NCBI GenBank assembly: GCA_020184695.1
Contig: JAANOX010000059.1
Location: 75,803 to 139,802, forward strand
Length of the DNA: 64,000 nucleotides
Reading direction: 5' to 3'
DNA from: Histomonas meleagridis 2922-C6/04-290x
Lineage: Eukaryota > Protista > Parabasalia
Shown: in pieces, positions 1 through 11,403 of the stretch
How positions within the stretch are numbered: position 1 is the stretch's first letter
Layout: the number at the start of each line of letters is the position of its first letter
Position numbers and translations under genes: made by a program
The notes under the pieces: generated by a model
What the model saw: only the letters and a program-made list of their open reading frames with translations
Databases searched by the model: none
What the model was told of the DNA's origin: nothing

Positions 1-1187
1 ATGATACCGGCAACTTTAGTAAAGAGAAATGATGCTGATATTCTTCTGTAATGATATTCGATTCATTCGCTTTTATCATAATAAAACTTGATTCTTTAAT
101 GGATACACTCTCATTGTTATAGGTTGAGAATGGTAAATATGTATACCCTTTGGATTCCAAAGTAAGGTAAGGAGTGTGTTTGAGAGTTTGAGAAATAGAT
201 AATTGATCACTAAAAATCTTTCTACCTGAATTTGGAAAGATTTGTAATAAGCAAAAGATGTGCATGGATAAAACAATAGAACACATTTGCGAGAAAACTT
301 GAGGAACTTGCTAATAAATCAGTCAAGAACGATACAGAAATCTTCAACCGCGCCGCCTTTTTGCCAGTTCATTTGTATGACTTTCGTTTAGAAATGTTTT
401 GTTGATTTAGCAATCGGAATATTTTCACAAAGCTGAAACATAATGTTCAAATTAAAAAGTGACGTCATATTATTTCATTTCAATTACCGGAAAGCCTAAA
501 AAATGAGAGAAAATGATATTTATTGGCATATCGAACGGACTTTTGAAGGAATAACGCTCAAAAAGTTTCATTCAATGCAATTAACAATAGGTTTTCATTG
601 AATTTTGAATGCGCTTTCATTGAAAACAATCGACTTTATAGTTTCAACTGCTCTTGAACATGTATATTTTTTTTAAAATATAGTATATTTTGAATTTTTG
701 AGAATAATAATATAATATCAACGTAAAAATTGTATTGACAAAAAAGAATCAAAAAAGAATGTAATAAAATTAATTTTTCGAAAAGAAAAGAAAATATCAA
801 AAATATTCTATTTTTTATTCATCAAAAGGAATCTATTTAATAAATACTTAATCGAAAAAAAAAAAAGAATATAAGTGTACAAAGATAACTTTAAAAACAT
901 CGCAAAAATAATAAATATCAACATGAAAATATCCAAATTAAATAAATACTTAAACGAATACATTTGACAATCTTAGGTTTTAAAATTTGATTTTTGTAAA
1001 TTTTAATATTTTTTGAGATAAGATATTAATAAAAATTAAATTTTCAAGATATCATTTCAATATTATATGGTTTAATTTTTTTATTTTTGATAAAGGAGAA
1101 AATTTTCATTAATTTTTGAGAAAATTATGTTTTAAGCAAAATTGTCAAACCAAAAAATTGAAAGCTTTTTGAATATCACAGAAAAAA

Positions 1188-1790
1188 ATGATTCAAGATG
1201 ATGAAGTTGAAGCACCCGAATTTCGAGCTAGGATTGTCTTCATTGGTGATTCTTACGTAGGTAAGACATCCCTAATCAACAGTTTTGTGTATTCAAAATT
1301 TAATGACAAATATGAAACAAGTATTGGGGTAAAAACTGTTTCTTGCAAATATGATTATAATAACACTAAAGTTAGCATTAGCATATTCGATACAGCAGGG
1401 GATGAAAAGTATAGATCTCTCATACCACTTTACTATAAAGGCGTTCAAGCTTTTATTTGTGTTTATGATGTTACAAATAAAAATTCATTTAATAACATAG
1501 GAGAGTGGCTTAAAGAAGTTGATGAGCGTGCAGATGAGAAAGACCCAATTAAATTCATTGTAGGTAACAAAATTGATTTATATAAAAATGATGGTTCTTG
1601 CGTATCGACAGGTGATGCATTAGATTATACAGATCCTATGGATTTGAAAACATATTTTACTTCTGCGCGTACAGGCGAAAATGTTGAATTGTTATTCGAA
1701 AATGTTTTTCAACTTATTTGTGAGAAAAAAATTTTTTCAACTGAAAGAAAACTTCCAGAAAAAGAAACAAAAGAAGATGCGTGCTGCTGA
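1188..1790 (+). CDS. Rab-family small GTPase
   Basis: G1 GDSYVGKT, G3 DTAGDE, G4 NKID, G5 SAR; C-terminal CC prenylation motif. Confidence 0.92.
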   Translation: MIQDDEVEAPEFRARIVFIGDSYVGKTSLINSFVYSKFNDKYETSIGVKTVSCKYDYNNTKVSISIFDTAGDEKYRSLIPLYYKGVQAFICVYDVTNKNSFNNIGEWLKEVDERADEKDPIKFIVGNKIDLYKNDGSCVSTGDALDYTDPMDLKTYFTSARTGENVELLFENVFQLICEKKIFSTERKLPEKETKEDACC

Positions 1791-2018
1791 ATGTCAATGC
1801 CAAATGTTTTTATTTATTTCGTTTTTCAATATGTGTTGAACATTTGAACAATTGGTCATTAGTTTCAATAAAAATATATAAAAATTTATTTCATTTGCAT
1901 TGCTATTGTCATTAATGTCTTTAAATGATTAAAATATTAAAAAATACTTTTTCATTTTGACTTAACTTCAAGTTCATGAATGAAAATTATTTAAATTAAT
2001 GACTTAGATTTATGATAT

Positions 2019-2630
2019 TTAGTTTATTACACATTTTCGTTCACTTTCATCATTATATGAAGGAGGTACATAATCCTTAGATGCAATGATTCGAAGTACG
2101 GCTGGTAATACTTTTGAAATGTTTTTACCAGTCAAAGAAGAACATTCAATATATTCATATGCACCAATAATATTTTTAAGTTCTTCTCCACGTGAAGTTG
2201 GAACTATGTTATGATCTTCTTGATTATTTTCATCGCGAAGATCACTTTTTAACCCAATCAAAATACAAGGTCTTCTCTTCATTTTTGGGTTATCTTTAAG
2301 ATATACGTCGCGAATATTTTGAAAAGAGTTTAGAGAAACAAGTGAAAAACAAAATATTATAACATCTATTTGGTAAATTGTGAATGGATCAAATTGTCCA
2401 TAACCTGGTATTATGGCAAATTCATATCCACGAATAGCATATGGAATATTTTCGTACATAATGTTGAATTCATAACAATCAGGAGTCACTGCTTCGTTAA
2501 TAATCATGAATTTGCCTTCAGTCAGCCGAAGCAAAAAACATGTTTTGCCAATGGCCATATCTCCAACAAAAAGAATTTGTGGTCTTCGGAGCTCAATTTC
2601 TTTACTGGCCGGAAACTTTCTTTCTTGCAT
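2019..2630 (-). CDS. Divergent Rho/Rac-family GTPase (start may be 2732)
   Basis: GDMAIGKT P-loop, Rho-type FSLVSLNSFQN, LKSDLR (G4), YIECSS (G5), CaaX CVIN; G3 DxxGQ replaced by AIIPGYGQ. Confidence 0.8.
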   Translation of the reverse strand: MQERKFPASKEIELRRPQILFVGDMAIGKTCFLLRLTEGKFMIINEAVTPDCYEFNIMYENIPYAIRGYEFAIIPGYGQFDPFTIYQIDVIIFCFSLVSLNSFQNIRDVYLKDNPKMKRRPCILIGLKSDLRDENNQEDHNIVPTSRGEELKNIIGAYEYIECSSLTGKNISKVLPAVLRIIASKDYVPPSYNDESERKCVIN

Positions 2631-2822
2631 AAAAAACCACAACTTTAAACGTCTTTTTATTTCATTGGATTTGTTTTCTCTTCCTACGTAAATTATATTG
2701 TTAACAACTGACGTTTTAATCAAGAATTTCATTCACAACAACTCTGAGCAAAATAATTTTTATTTATTGATTTCTCATTATTCATTTCGTTAACATATTA
2801 TAAAATTACGAATCGAAAGAAT

Positions 2823-4442
2823 TCATTCTTCATCTTCTTCTTCCTCGTCGTCATCTTGTGGGTCGATTTGTTCCAACATTTCGTTTGTTTGTGCCTGCAA
2901 CGCGTTTCGTATCGCCTTCATCACAGTCAATCCGTCGTATTCCGTTTCCTCGTCGAAGTTATCCCTTATCATTTGGTACACGCCGGACACCATTTGCTTT
3001 ATAGTTCTCTGCATCAGCACAGGCATTGCCTTCTTCATCTTCTCGAGTTCTTTCGACATATCCTTCGACGCCTTTTGCTTCAGCATTTTGTTCTCGTCAA
3101 GCGCTCGTTGATATTCGGCTTTGATTTTGTTTACTTCTTCTTCGGCATTCTTCGCGTTCCATTCAAGTTGCTTACGTTGTTGCTCCAACTCTTGGAATTG
3201 CTTTTGTTTCTCCTCTTCGAGTTGAAGATTTAGTTCGCTAAGTCGTTTCTCGGAATCGATTTTCGCCTTTTCGATTTGCTCGCGAAGTTCTTCGATTTGT
3301 TTGTTCAGTTTCTCCTTTTGGTCGCGCTTTTGTTGTGTCAACTGACGCTGCGCAGAAAGCTTTGAACTAAGTTCCGCTAATTGGATACGAAGCGCATCGC
3401 GTTCGCGTGTGTCCGAATGTCGTTCGCGTAATAAGTTAATGAGCTCTTGTTTCTCGGAAATGAGAACATCCTTGACTTGGTTCTCGTGAAGAAGGCGCTG
3501 AACAGAACTGACCAATATATCCGAGGAAAGAGGTATGTTGGAGTAGCCGACTTGCGTGCGGCGGAGTGAAGCGATCATTTGCGAGAGTTCGGTGAACTTG
3601 GCTTGCATCTCGTTACGGATGGATTCGAGCTGGGAATCGTACATTGGCTGTTGCTGTGGTGGCTCAGTTGGCTGAATGGATGTTTGTTGTGGTGGAATTT
3701 GTGGTGATGATTGCGAAGGTTGTGGTGTTGGAGGCTGGGATTGGGGTTGTGGAGCTGGGGGTTCGGGATTTGGTGTCTTTGGCTTCTTTGGTTTGGGTTT
3801 GGGAGAGTCGGATTTGGGTGATTCAGATTGTGGTGTCGAAGATGTAATGGATGGGAGCTCTTTCTTCTCATAAATGGACTCAACTATGGCTATGACGTTG
3901 TTTGGATATTGTACTATAAACTTAGATCCAAAATGTCCACTTTTGATGATGGTGGTAAGTGGGGTGGAATCAGTAGATGAGATCTCAAAATTGTCTTCTT
4001 GCATAATAGGAGCTTCAATCTTTGGTTGGGTAAAGTCATAACAGCGATATTTAACATTTAATCGATCTGATCCATTCATTAAGGGACCATCAGATTGAAC
4101 TATACAAATAGGTTCTGGTGATTGTGCAAGCTTGGCAGAAAGTGCAATTGCAGTAAAAAGTTGACATTCTTGTGCATTGTCAAATAAAAGAAGAAAACGT
4201 GCATTACGGGAATCAACATAAGAACAATATACATCATTTTGAATGACCCAGTTTATTTGTGGTGTAGCTGGACACATTGATATGGCTTGACGATTAGGAC
4301 CCATAACTAATATTATAATATTTCCGCTTTTACGAATAGCAGCAACAATGGTTTTACCAATTTGTTGATATTGATTTGTTTGTGGATTAAATGCAGAAAC
4401 TAAAACTGGTGAATTACGGAGATTTCCATCTGGAAGCGACGA
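2823..4442 (-). CDS. FKBP15/WAFL-like protein (WH1-like N-terminus, Pro/Gln-rich linker, coiled coil, acidic tail)
   Basis: Long ORF with coding-like codon use; start moved to MSSLPDG. N-terminus (AFNPQTNQYQQIGK ... YCSYVDSRNARFLLLFDNAQECQLFTAIALSAK) and SVQRLLHEN resemble FKBP15 by eye. Confidence 0.6.
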   Translation of the reverse strand, partial: SSLPDGNLRNSPVLVSAFNPQTNQYQQIGKTIVAAIRKSGNIIILVMGPNRQAISMCPATPQINWVIQNDVYCSYVDSRNARFLLLFDNAQECQLFTAIALSAKLAQSPEPICIVQSDGPLMNGSDRLNVKYRCYDFTQPKIEAPIMQEDNFEISSTDSTPLTTIIKSGHFGSKFIVQYPNNVIAIVESIYEKKELPSITSSTPQSESPKSDSPKPKPKKPKTPNPEPPAPQPQSQPPTPQPSQSSPQIPPQQTSIQPTEPPQQQPMYDSQLESIRNEMQAKFTELSQMIASLRRTQVGYSNIPLSSDILVSSVQRLLHENQVKDVLISEKQELINLLRERHSDTRERDALRIQLAELSSKLSAQRQLTQQKRDQKEKLNKQIEELREQIEKAKIDSEKRLSELNLQLEEEKQKQFQELEQQRKQLEWNAKNAEEEVNKIKAEYQRALDENKMLKQKASKDMSKELEKMKKAMPVLMQRTIKQMVSGVYQMIRDNFDEETEYDGLTVMKAIRNALQAQTNEMLEQIDPQDDDEEEEDEE

Positions 4443-4627
4443 CATTTTGGTACCAAAAAAGTGACAAAATATTTTGTTGTAATAAATTTCTTCATTAGAA
4501 CAAAAAATATTAAAAATGCAGATCAACAATAAGAAAAATTTTACGTAAGTAATGGAAAAAAACAATTTGTTTAATTTGTGAATTTATTAAGAATTAATTT
4601 TTATTTTTGTGTAAAAAACAAGGTACT

Positions 4628-5170
4628 CTAATTGTTTGTTGTAGGGAATTTGATGAGAGCTAGTTGATTTTCATAAGTTTCTACTATATTATCTGGATTA
4701 TCGAATGCTACCATCAAAGCAAATACAAGCCTTTCTGATATTTCTGCAGTACTAGCATCAATAAAGATTCTACCATTCATACCAAAAACAACACGAATTG
4801 GTACTTGAGTAATTTTTTCAAGTAATTTTAATTCTGTGATCATTTGTATTGCCTTGGGATTACACCTTAGAAGAGAGCCACCAACAAGTGCACCAAGTCT
4901 TTCTGCATTCGTTCTTGGTATACAATTTAATAATATTTCGCCCGATTCTGGAACTTCTTCAACATAAGCAGCAACCATTTCTCCTGGATTGAATTTTGGA
5001 CATGTTTTTTTGGTAGCACCATCAAAAGCAAGTTGAGGTAATAATGCATTGTGTGAATATCCAATATTTACAAGCCAATCTTCATTTTGCCTTCTATCAA
5101 TTATTCCAACTACAATGTCTTCTTTTTTAGGATGGTAAAAATAATTTGATTGAATGTAATTCACATTCAT
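4628..5170 (-). CDS. RRP40: Exosome cap subunit RRP40 (S1 + KH)
   Basis: DIVVGII..WLVNIG..ALLPQLAFDGATKKTCPKFNPGEMVAA and VVFGMNGRIFI are RRP40 signatures. Confidence 0.82.
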   Translation of the reverse strand: MNVNYIQSNYFYHPKKEDIVVGIIDRRQNEDWLVNIGYSHNALLPQLAFDGATKKTCPKFNPGEMVAAYVEEVPESGEILLNCIPRTNAERLGALVGGSLLRCNPKAIQMITELKLLEKITQVPIRVVFGMNGRIFIDASTAEISERLVFALMVAFDNPDNIVETYENQLALIKFPTTNN

Positions 5171-5298
5171 TAAATTTTTGGTCACAAGTTAGAACAAAAG
5201 TGCTAAACTTTAAGTGCCTTTTTGATACCTTAAAAATTAAATGAAGAAAAATATGTAATAATTTGTTAACAAACAAAAAAAAAAAAAAGGCAAAATAA

Positions 5299-7593
5299 TT
5301 ATTTAAATACATTATTTTGATCTGAAATGAATTGATGCCTCGAAATACAGAAGTCAATCATTGCTTTCCAATCATCAACTTTCTGTAGAGCATCAAACAC
5401 TTCATCAGATGTTACAATGCTCCGCAAACGTGGAATTATAAAAGATTTTCGGATAAAGGTTAAAGAAAAAATAGTTTTGGTTTGTTGTAATAATTCATCA
5501 GTTTCAAGTGATTCGATGCAAAACTGTAACACTCGTTTATACACTTCTTCCCAAGGTCCATCGAATGTTAGTATTAGAATTAAGCACAAACCAGCAATTC
5601 CAACTCCACTAATTAAAGTCACAATGTTATTACGTGCAGTATCTAGAATCATATCAATTGCAACGTTGATCAAATCCTTTTCTTCGTTTATCATTATTGA
5701 TAAAATATAAGCAACAGATTGAAAAAGATTATTTTCTTCTCTAGGAACTAATCTATGAACTGTTTTCCAAACGAGCTGACTTAATATAACTTTCAAAAGT
5801 TCATTAAATGAGAAAATTGTTGCCCACGCACGCCATGTTGTTAAAATTTTCGCAAGTTGACCTGCATCAATTGGGGAGGGCCGTGAGAGAACGTTAAACT
5901 GTTCAAAAATTGTTTGCTTTATAGCGGAAACGTTTTCAGGTCTAAAAAGTGTTATTATTTGATAATCAGTTTCACCCATAGCATATCTCCAACCTCTTAC
6001 AGGGTTTGTCGATTTTAACATTACGCTATGGAACAAGAAGTTAATCAAAGGTGAATTTGGATGTTTTACACTATTTACTTTTTTAGATTCTTCTGATTTA
6101 AAAGCCCAAATTAAAATAGGAACCCAAAGATAAATTCTTTCATTAATATTTTGAAGTATATCGTCGACATTAATTTCATTTCTTAATAATTGATAAAGAG
6201 TCATAGCAGGTTCCATTGCAAGAGTTCCATCAGTATAATCTGTTTGAGGTATTTCTTCATCATCACAATCTATTTGTAATAAACTCTTTAAAAAATAAAT
6301 ATATTCCATTTTATAATTTTCGATATATGAAATAATTTGATCTCGAATTGTTTGTGATGAATTACCATATGCATATCGTAATAATGTTAATGGTAATATC
6401 CAAACAGAATAAAAACAATCTGCATCCCTTATTCCCATTGAGATTTCAAGCGTATGAGTAATAAATGTGAAAAATGTTCCTTGTTCAATTAGAAACCATG
6501 TTAAATCAATATAGACAGATAACATTTGTTTTGCATAATGTTCAGATTGTAATTCATTATCTGGATTCATTCGTTCTTTTATTAATCGTATAAATGATGA
6601 TGATAATGCTGGATGTGCATATATGGATTGAATTATATTCGTTTGATCAATACCAGTATATGGAATCTCAATTAAAAGTTGTTCAACTTCATTTAAATCT
6701 TCTGGAGTACCTATAAATGAATATGGTTCATCAGTAATACAATCATTTTCTTTGATTTTTTGGAATAAATTTCTGACATCTTCCGATGAAAATAAAACCG
6801 CTGTTGTATCGTTCAGAAAGTTCCTATCGTTGCAACGTATTATTTGAACAAATGAATTTGTAATGACAAAAGCTCTTTGAAGTGATTGACTTGAGATAAA
6901 ATCTGAAACTAAGCATAAGTAAAGCTTATAAAATACTTTTTGTGAAATAAATCCATGTAATGATATATTTGTATTTGTAACAAAAAATGAGATTATTTCA
7001 TGGCGTGGAAAAAGATCAGGATCACCAAAATCATCCAACATAATGGCATCATCTATAAGTTCGATAGGAAATGTAAGTGAGGCTTCAAAATCAAATTGAA
7101 CAGGAACAATTTTCCTAAAATATGGACGAAGTTCAACAATTTCATTATAAAAATACATTCGAGCTGATGCAATAAGAACAGCAAAGTAAGGGAAAAGAGA
7201 TAAATTTGAAAGAGCTCTTTTTGCTAAATCTTCATCTTCAACATTTGTAACACAAATTCTAATAATATTAACTACGATTCTAGCAGAAACATCGGAGTTG
7301 ATTTCTAGACTACTGAAAAAATTTTCTTCAACTTCACATAAAAGTCTTAAAATTCCTTTTTGATTTAAATCATCTATTTCACTGAAAGCTTCCATAAATA
7401 TTTTCGGCTTTGATTCGCATATTTTCAGTAGGTATTGGATGAACAAATAATTTGGTAAGTTTTTTTCTCCACATAATGATAAGAGATTTTTAAAAACATT
7501 TTTTTGAAAGTTTTTTTCTCTCCTTCTGTTTATTTCATCGAGAAAGATTTCTGGTTCCAATTGTTCATTCCAACATTTTTTCAAGAAATCCAT
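5299..7593 (-). CDS. Large alpha-helical protein; weak N-terminal resemblance to Mediator Med5/Med24
   Basis: ~764 aa ORF from MDFLKKCWNEQL; the longer TTG-started ORF overlaps the RPL37A promoter. Family call is tentative. Confidence 0.7.
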   Translation of the reverse strand: MDFLKKCWNEQLEPEIFLDEINRRREKNFQKNVFKNLLSLCGEKNLPNYLFIQYLLKICESKPKIFMEAFSEIDDLNQKGILRLLCEVEENFFSSLEINSDVSARIVVNIIRICVTNVEDEDLAKRALSNLSLFPYFAVLIASARMYFYNEIVELRPYFRKIVPVQFDFEASLTFPIELIDDAIMLDDFGDPDLFPRHEIISFFVTNTNISLHGFISQKVFYKLYLCLVSDFISSQSLQRAFVITNSFVQIIRCNDRNFLNDTTAVLFSSEDVRNLFQKIKENDCITDEPYSFIGTPEDLNEVEQLLIEIPYTGIDQTNIIQSIYAHPALSSSFIRLIKERMNPDNELQSEHYAKQMLSVYIDLTWFLIEQGTFFTFITHTLEISMGIRDADCFYSVWILPLTLLRYAYGNSSQTIRDQIISYIENYKMEYIYFLKSLLQIDCDDEEIPQTDYTDGTLAMEPAMTLYQLLRNEINVDDILQNINERIYLWVPILIWAFKSEESKKVNSVKHPNSPLINFLFHSVMLKSTNPVRGWRYAMGETDYQIITLFRPENVSAIKQTIFEQFNVLSRPSPIDAGQLAKILTTWRAWATIFSFNELLKVILSQLVWKTVHRLVPREENNLFQSVAYILSIMINEEKDLINVAIDMILDTARNNIVTLISGVGIAGLCLILILTFDGPWEEVYKRVLQFCIESLETDELLQQTKTIFSLTFIRKSFIIPRLRSIVTSDEVFDALQKVDDWKAMIDFCISRHQFISDQNNVFK

Positions 7594-7691
7594 TCTGCAA
7601 CAAAAGTTTTTTAGATTTAAATACTTTACATTTATGGCGGGGTAACCTTGGGTAACAACGATAGAATATTTCAATTGCAAAAACGGCTTGG

Positions 7692-7701
7692 CCATCCTTT
7701 T
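7692..7701 (+). promoter_or_regulatory. M5-like (CCTTT) core promoter element of RPL37A
   Basis: CCATCCTTTT 8 nt before the ATG; the same 10-mer precedes RPL18A. Confidence 0.65.
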
Positions 7702-7708
7702 CTTTAAA

Positions 7709-7987
7709 ATGGCTCGCAGAACAAAGAAAGTAGGAATTGTTGGTAAATATGGCGTTCGCTATGGTGCTTCCCTTCGTAAGACAATCAAGAAGATAGAAAT
7801 TTCACAACGTAAGAAGTACCCATGTCCATTTTGTGGAAAAACATCCGTCAGAAGAACAGTTGTAGGAATTTGGAAATGCCAGAAATGTGGTAAGGCTACA
7901 ACAGGTGGCGCTTATATTCCATCAACACCAGCTGCTCTCACTGCTCGTGCAGCAATCAAACGTCTCCGTGAAGCTCAAGCAAAGTAA
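7709..7987 (+). CDS. RPL37A: 60S ribosomal protein L37a (eL43)
   Basis: [24 protein letters not shown], zinc finger CPFC...WKCQKC. Confidence 0.97.
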   Translation: MARRTKKVGIVGKYGVRYGASLRKTIKKIEISQRKKYPCPFCGKTSVRRTVVGIWKCQKCGKATTGGAYIPSTPAALTARAAIKRLREAQAK

Positions 7988-8337
7988 ATTAAACTGATTA
8001 TAATAACCATCAATTTTTATCCATTAAATTACATTTTTTAACATGAATTAATTCAATTAGTGGATATGAATTTTTTCAAAAAATATTTTTCTGTATGCAT
8101 TTTTCTCATGTTTAAAAGGAATGCCTTGGAAATGACCTTGGTTTTCCAAATAGTTTATTTTTGTATATCCACGATATACAGTGGTTATTTTTTCATGGAT
8201 TAAAAACAGTTTTGTAAACAAAAAATATTTTTAAATGAAGTAACGCATTGAAATGTGGCCAGCTAGTTTTCATTGTCATAACCACCAATTTTGTGTGGCA
8301 TTTGGCGGTTTTACACTTTGACAAGCTATTCTTTGAA

Positions 8338-8844
8338 ATGATGGAAGAAGAAGAAGAAATGGGAGAAGTTGTTCCTTCTCTTTTTGGCGATTTCCCTGAT
8401 ATTAACGAAAACAGCTTGTCTTGCCTCACACCACTACCAGTTTGTGATGAGTCAACAACATATCTTTTCAAGGACTTGTTCGATAAGCCATCTAATGATC
8501 CACTTGTTCCATCTCTTTTATCTCAAGATCCATTCTTGAAGAATGTTGCACAAGTACGTTCTATTATTGCACAAATTGGACTTCTTCAATTTGGTGGAGG
8601 GTTTAACATTGAGTCCTATTCCAAAACACTTGTGAAGTGTATTGACAAATTTTTTGATTGCTACCCATCCTTCTGTGCTGTTATGATTCAAAGATTTTGG
8701 CGTGCCAAAAAGTATGGAAAGAAATCCGACAAAATCAAATTTGGAATGGCTATGATCGTTCGCCCATCAAATGGTCGAAATGAAGCAGACAGACAAATAA
8801 GGAAACAATTGATCAATGACATTCTTTCAATTCAATTTGAATAA
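8338..8844 (+). CDS. Hypothetical protein with IQ-like motif
   Basis: Start at MMEEEE after GGCGGTT and an Inr-like TACACT; IQRFWR motif. Confidence 0.6.
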   Translation: MMEEEEEMGEVVPSLFGDFPDINENSLSCLTPLPVCDESTTYLFKDLFDKPSNDPLVPSLLSQDPFLKNVAQVRSIIAQIGLLQFGGGFNIESYSKTLVKCIDKFFDCYPSFCAVMIQRFWRAKKYGKKSDKIKFGMAMIVRPSNGRNEADRQIRKQLINDILSIQFE

Positions 8845-8966
8845 ATATGTTTCTCAACATAATGCCAATTTTTAGCCTAAAATTGTTCGCGTATAGTTTT
8901 AACAAAATTTTCTTCGAAAAGGCAAAAATTAAAAATCTAAGACATGTCATGTGAAATCTTCAAAAA

Positions 8967-10307
8967 ATGCAAAACTTAAGTTTAGATGCTGTAATTCTAC
9001 TTGATGAAAATTCAAAACTTAGTGTGAAACTACGGCTGCTAAAAGAAAATGATGCTATTATATTAAGATGCAATGATGATGAATCTGTTCTTTGTACTGA
9101 TATTCTAACTTCAAACAGCACATTTCAGTTATTTAAAGATAACCCAACAAAAATTGCTTTTCATGTCTCTGGTCAAGATAGGTTTTTTCTTTTGAAAAAC
9201 AACAAGGATATTGATCTAATTATTCAATTTTTAAATAAGCATTTTAACCTCGAACCAATCGACGATGGGAGAACATTTTGGCTAAAGGATATACCCAAAA
9301 ATAATTCAAATAATATTTCAAAGTTTTTAGATTTGTTTAAACATACCAAATATCAACCTTCAATAAATGTCCACCAAAGACCCGTTGATGCGTTTATGTT
9401 ATGGACAATAGATGCTAATATTCCAAATTGTTCAATGAAAACATTAACAAAAGAAGATATTGAAACCATGAATTTATCAACAATCAAACTCTCTACAACT
9501 GAAATTCCAAAAGTTTTGTATCCATTGTTATTACAAAAAATCATTAATCCAGATCCAAATTTTGATTCAGATTATGCACAACTTAAAAAGCAATGGGAGT
9601 CTACCACAGAAGGGCAATGGAGACATCACTTTAAGCTAAGAGAATTTGTTGCATGTATTGAGAAATGGATTCAAAAACCTCATCTCAAAACAGAGTATCA
9701 TAAGAAATTGTTTTTCAACCTTTCTATGACAATGTTCACACATTACTTTGGGGAATTTCCACCAACATCCCAATTCATATCAATGGTTAAAACAATTTTT
9801 CAAGCATTCCTAACCGACGACGCCGATGAAAATGGATTCAAATTCGTCGACGGTTCAAAATTAACGTTCGACCAAACTGAAGTTTTCCTCTTTAAATATG
9901 TTCGTGATGCATGGACTATTATCTCTAAGGACAAATACGATCCTAAAAAAGACTTTATGTGCGTACGTGCAACACTTTTAAATCTTTCACCTTCAACATT
10001 TGAGGTAATAAATGATCATGGAGTTGATTCATTTGACTTCTTCAAAGCTGATTGCGATTCCTTTTATGCCAAATGCAGAACACAAGAAGATCGTCTTCTT
10101 ATGTTTGTTGCAATGTTACTCAGTGGAAATCTAACTCAATTTAAACAAACAATCATTGCAATTGCTTCTGTTCTGGGCCACGAGCAACTACATCTTATTC
10201 CTGTGAATGATACTCAGTGTTTTTGTCAAATGTTTTGCAATATTTTTCGGCATATTGACACTAGACTTCTTCTCCATAATTATGAGAAGATACAGATGTC
10301 TCTGTAA
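8967..10307 (+). CDS. Divergent TBC (Rab-GAP)-like protein
   Basis: 446 aa ORF; YAQLKKQWESTTEGQW resembles the TBC1D15-type N-terminal TBC segment; catalytic motifs not evident. Confidence 0.6.
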   Translation: MQNLSLDAVILLDENSKLSVKLRLLKENDAIILRCNDDESVLCTDILTSNSTFQLFKDNPTKIAFHVSGQDRFFLLKNNKDIDLIIQFLNKHFNLEPIDDGRTFWLKDIPKNNSNNISKFLDLFKHTKYQPSINVHQRPVDAFMLWTIDANIPNCSMKTLTKEDIETMNLSTIKLSTTEIPKVLYPLLLQKIINPDPNFDSDYAQLKKQWESTTEGQWRHHFKLREFVACIEKWIQKPHLKTEYHKKLFFNLSMTMFTHYFGEFPPTSQFISMVKTIFQAFLTDDADENGFKFVDGSKLTFDQTEVFLFKYVRDAWTIISKDKYDPKKDFMCVRATLLNLSPSTFEVINDHGVDSFDFFKADCDSFYAKCRTQEDRLLMFVAMLLSGNLTQFKQTIIAIASVLGHEQLHLIPVNDTQCFCQMFCNIFRHIDTRLLLHNYEKIQMSL

Positions 10308-10645
10308 AACCATTAAAATATGTTAAAATAACATGTAAATTTTGATCAAATGTAATTAATAAAATTTTAATTTTTTTTTTTAAATGACTCTTATTTAGAA
10401 AATAAAAACAACGTTGCGCATTTTATTGCAAAGAAAGTAAAATAATTTTTGTTTTTAGTATACGACAAAAAGTGAATTTATATCTGGTTGGCTACCCCAT
10501 TTTTAACGGTTATTTGAACAAAGACGTTAAACCGTATCACTTGGACAAGATACAACGAACATGTCAATAATGGCAGAAATTTCCAAAAAATGCCAAAATG
10601 TTGGTATGCGACCGTTAAAATTAACGTTCTTTTTGGGCTGGAATT

Positions 10646-11185
10646 TCAGGATTTAAGGTTGAAAATTTCCTTCACTGAATTCTGGATGATTGAGCTAAAG
10701 CTATGCTCATCATAGATTTCATATATTTGATTTGCTTCTTGGAGAGATGAGTCACTAATAGCTTTTGTAAGTTTTGAGTAATGAACACATTTCTTTGACT
10801 TCGCCTCAAGTTTTATAAGATTTTGAAGTGCATCATGACACATTTCTGAAAGGTTTTTGAGGTTGTTATCCAAATTACTTGAGATTGAATCTAAATCAAA
10901 TAAACTTGTATTGATATACTCGTTAGGAAGTTCAAGTTTTGGAATGGAATATGGAATTTGAGGTAGCTCAGGAAGGTTTATTTGTTCTTTTTTTCCTTTT
11001 TGTTTTCGATTTTTTGAGCTATTATTTGATGGCTGGAATAATTTGAACGTACTTGTGTTTTCTTCGAGTTCGTTTTGTGCATCTACAAGCGGAGATTTAG
11101 GGATATTCAAAGAAGTTTGGTCTTTTTCGGAAAAGGAATTGTTGTACTCCATTACAGTTTTTGAAGCAATTTTGATCGTTTCCAA
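10646..11185 (-). CDS. Hypothetical protein (C-terminal coiled coil)
   Basis: 179 aa ATG-started ORF, no recognisable domain. Confidence 0.55.
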   Translation of the reverse strand: METIKIASKTVMEYNNSFSEKDQTSLNIPKSPLVDAQNELEENTSTFKLFQPSNNSSKNRKQKGKKEQINLPELPQIPYSIPKLELPNEYINTSLFDLDSISSNLDNNLKNLSEMCHDALQNLIKLEAKSKKCVHYSKLTKAISDSSLQEANQIYEIYDEHSFSSIIQNSVKEIFNLKS

Positions 11186-11403
11186 AGATGAAAAGCGCTT
11201 CTCATTTGAAGATCAAAACCATTTCTAGCAGATACTTATGATAATTTATTTATCACGACAAATCGAAAAAAGAATTAAATGGTAATTACAAAATTGATGT
11301 TGAAATTTTTAAATCATCAAAATTTTTAAATCAAAAAAAAAAAAAAATAATTATTGAAGCAATATTTGTTCATATTAAAAACATTTATTATTGGATAGTA
11401 TAA

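Noticed and set aside
1-460. Coding-like decayed stretch at the window start, with similar stretches near 49650, 50520-50750 and 59640-61150
   Set aside because: Multiple stops and no recognisable motif; cannot be assigned without a search.
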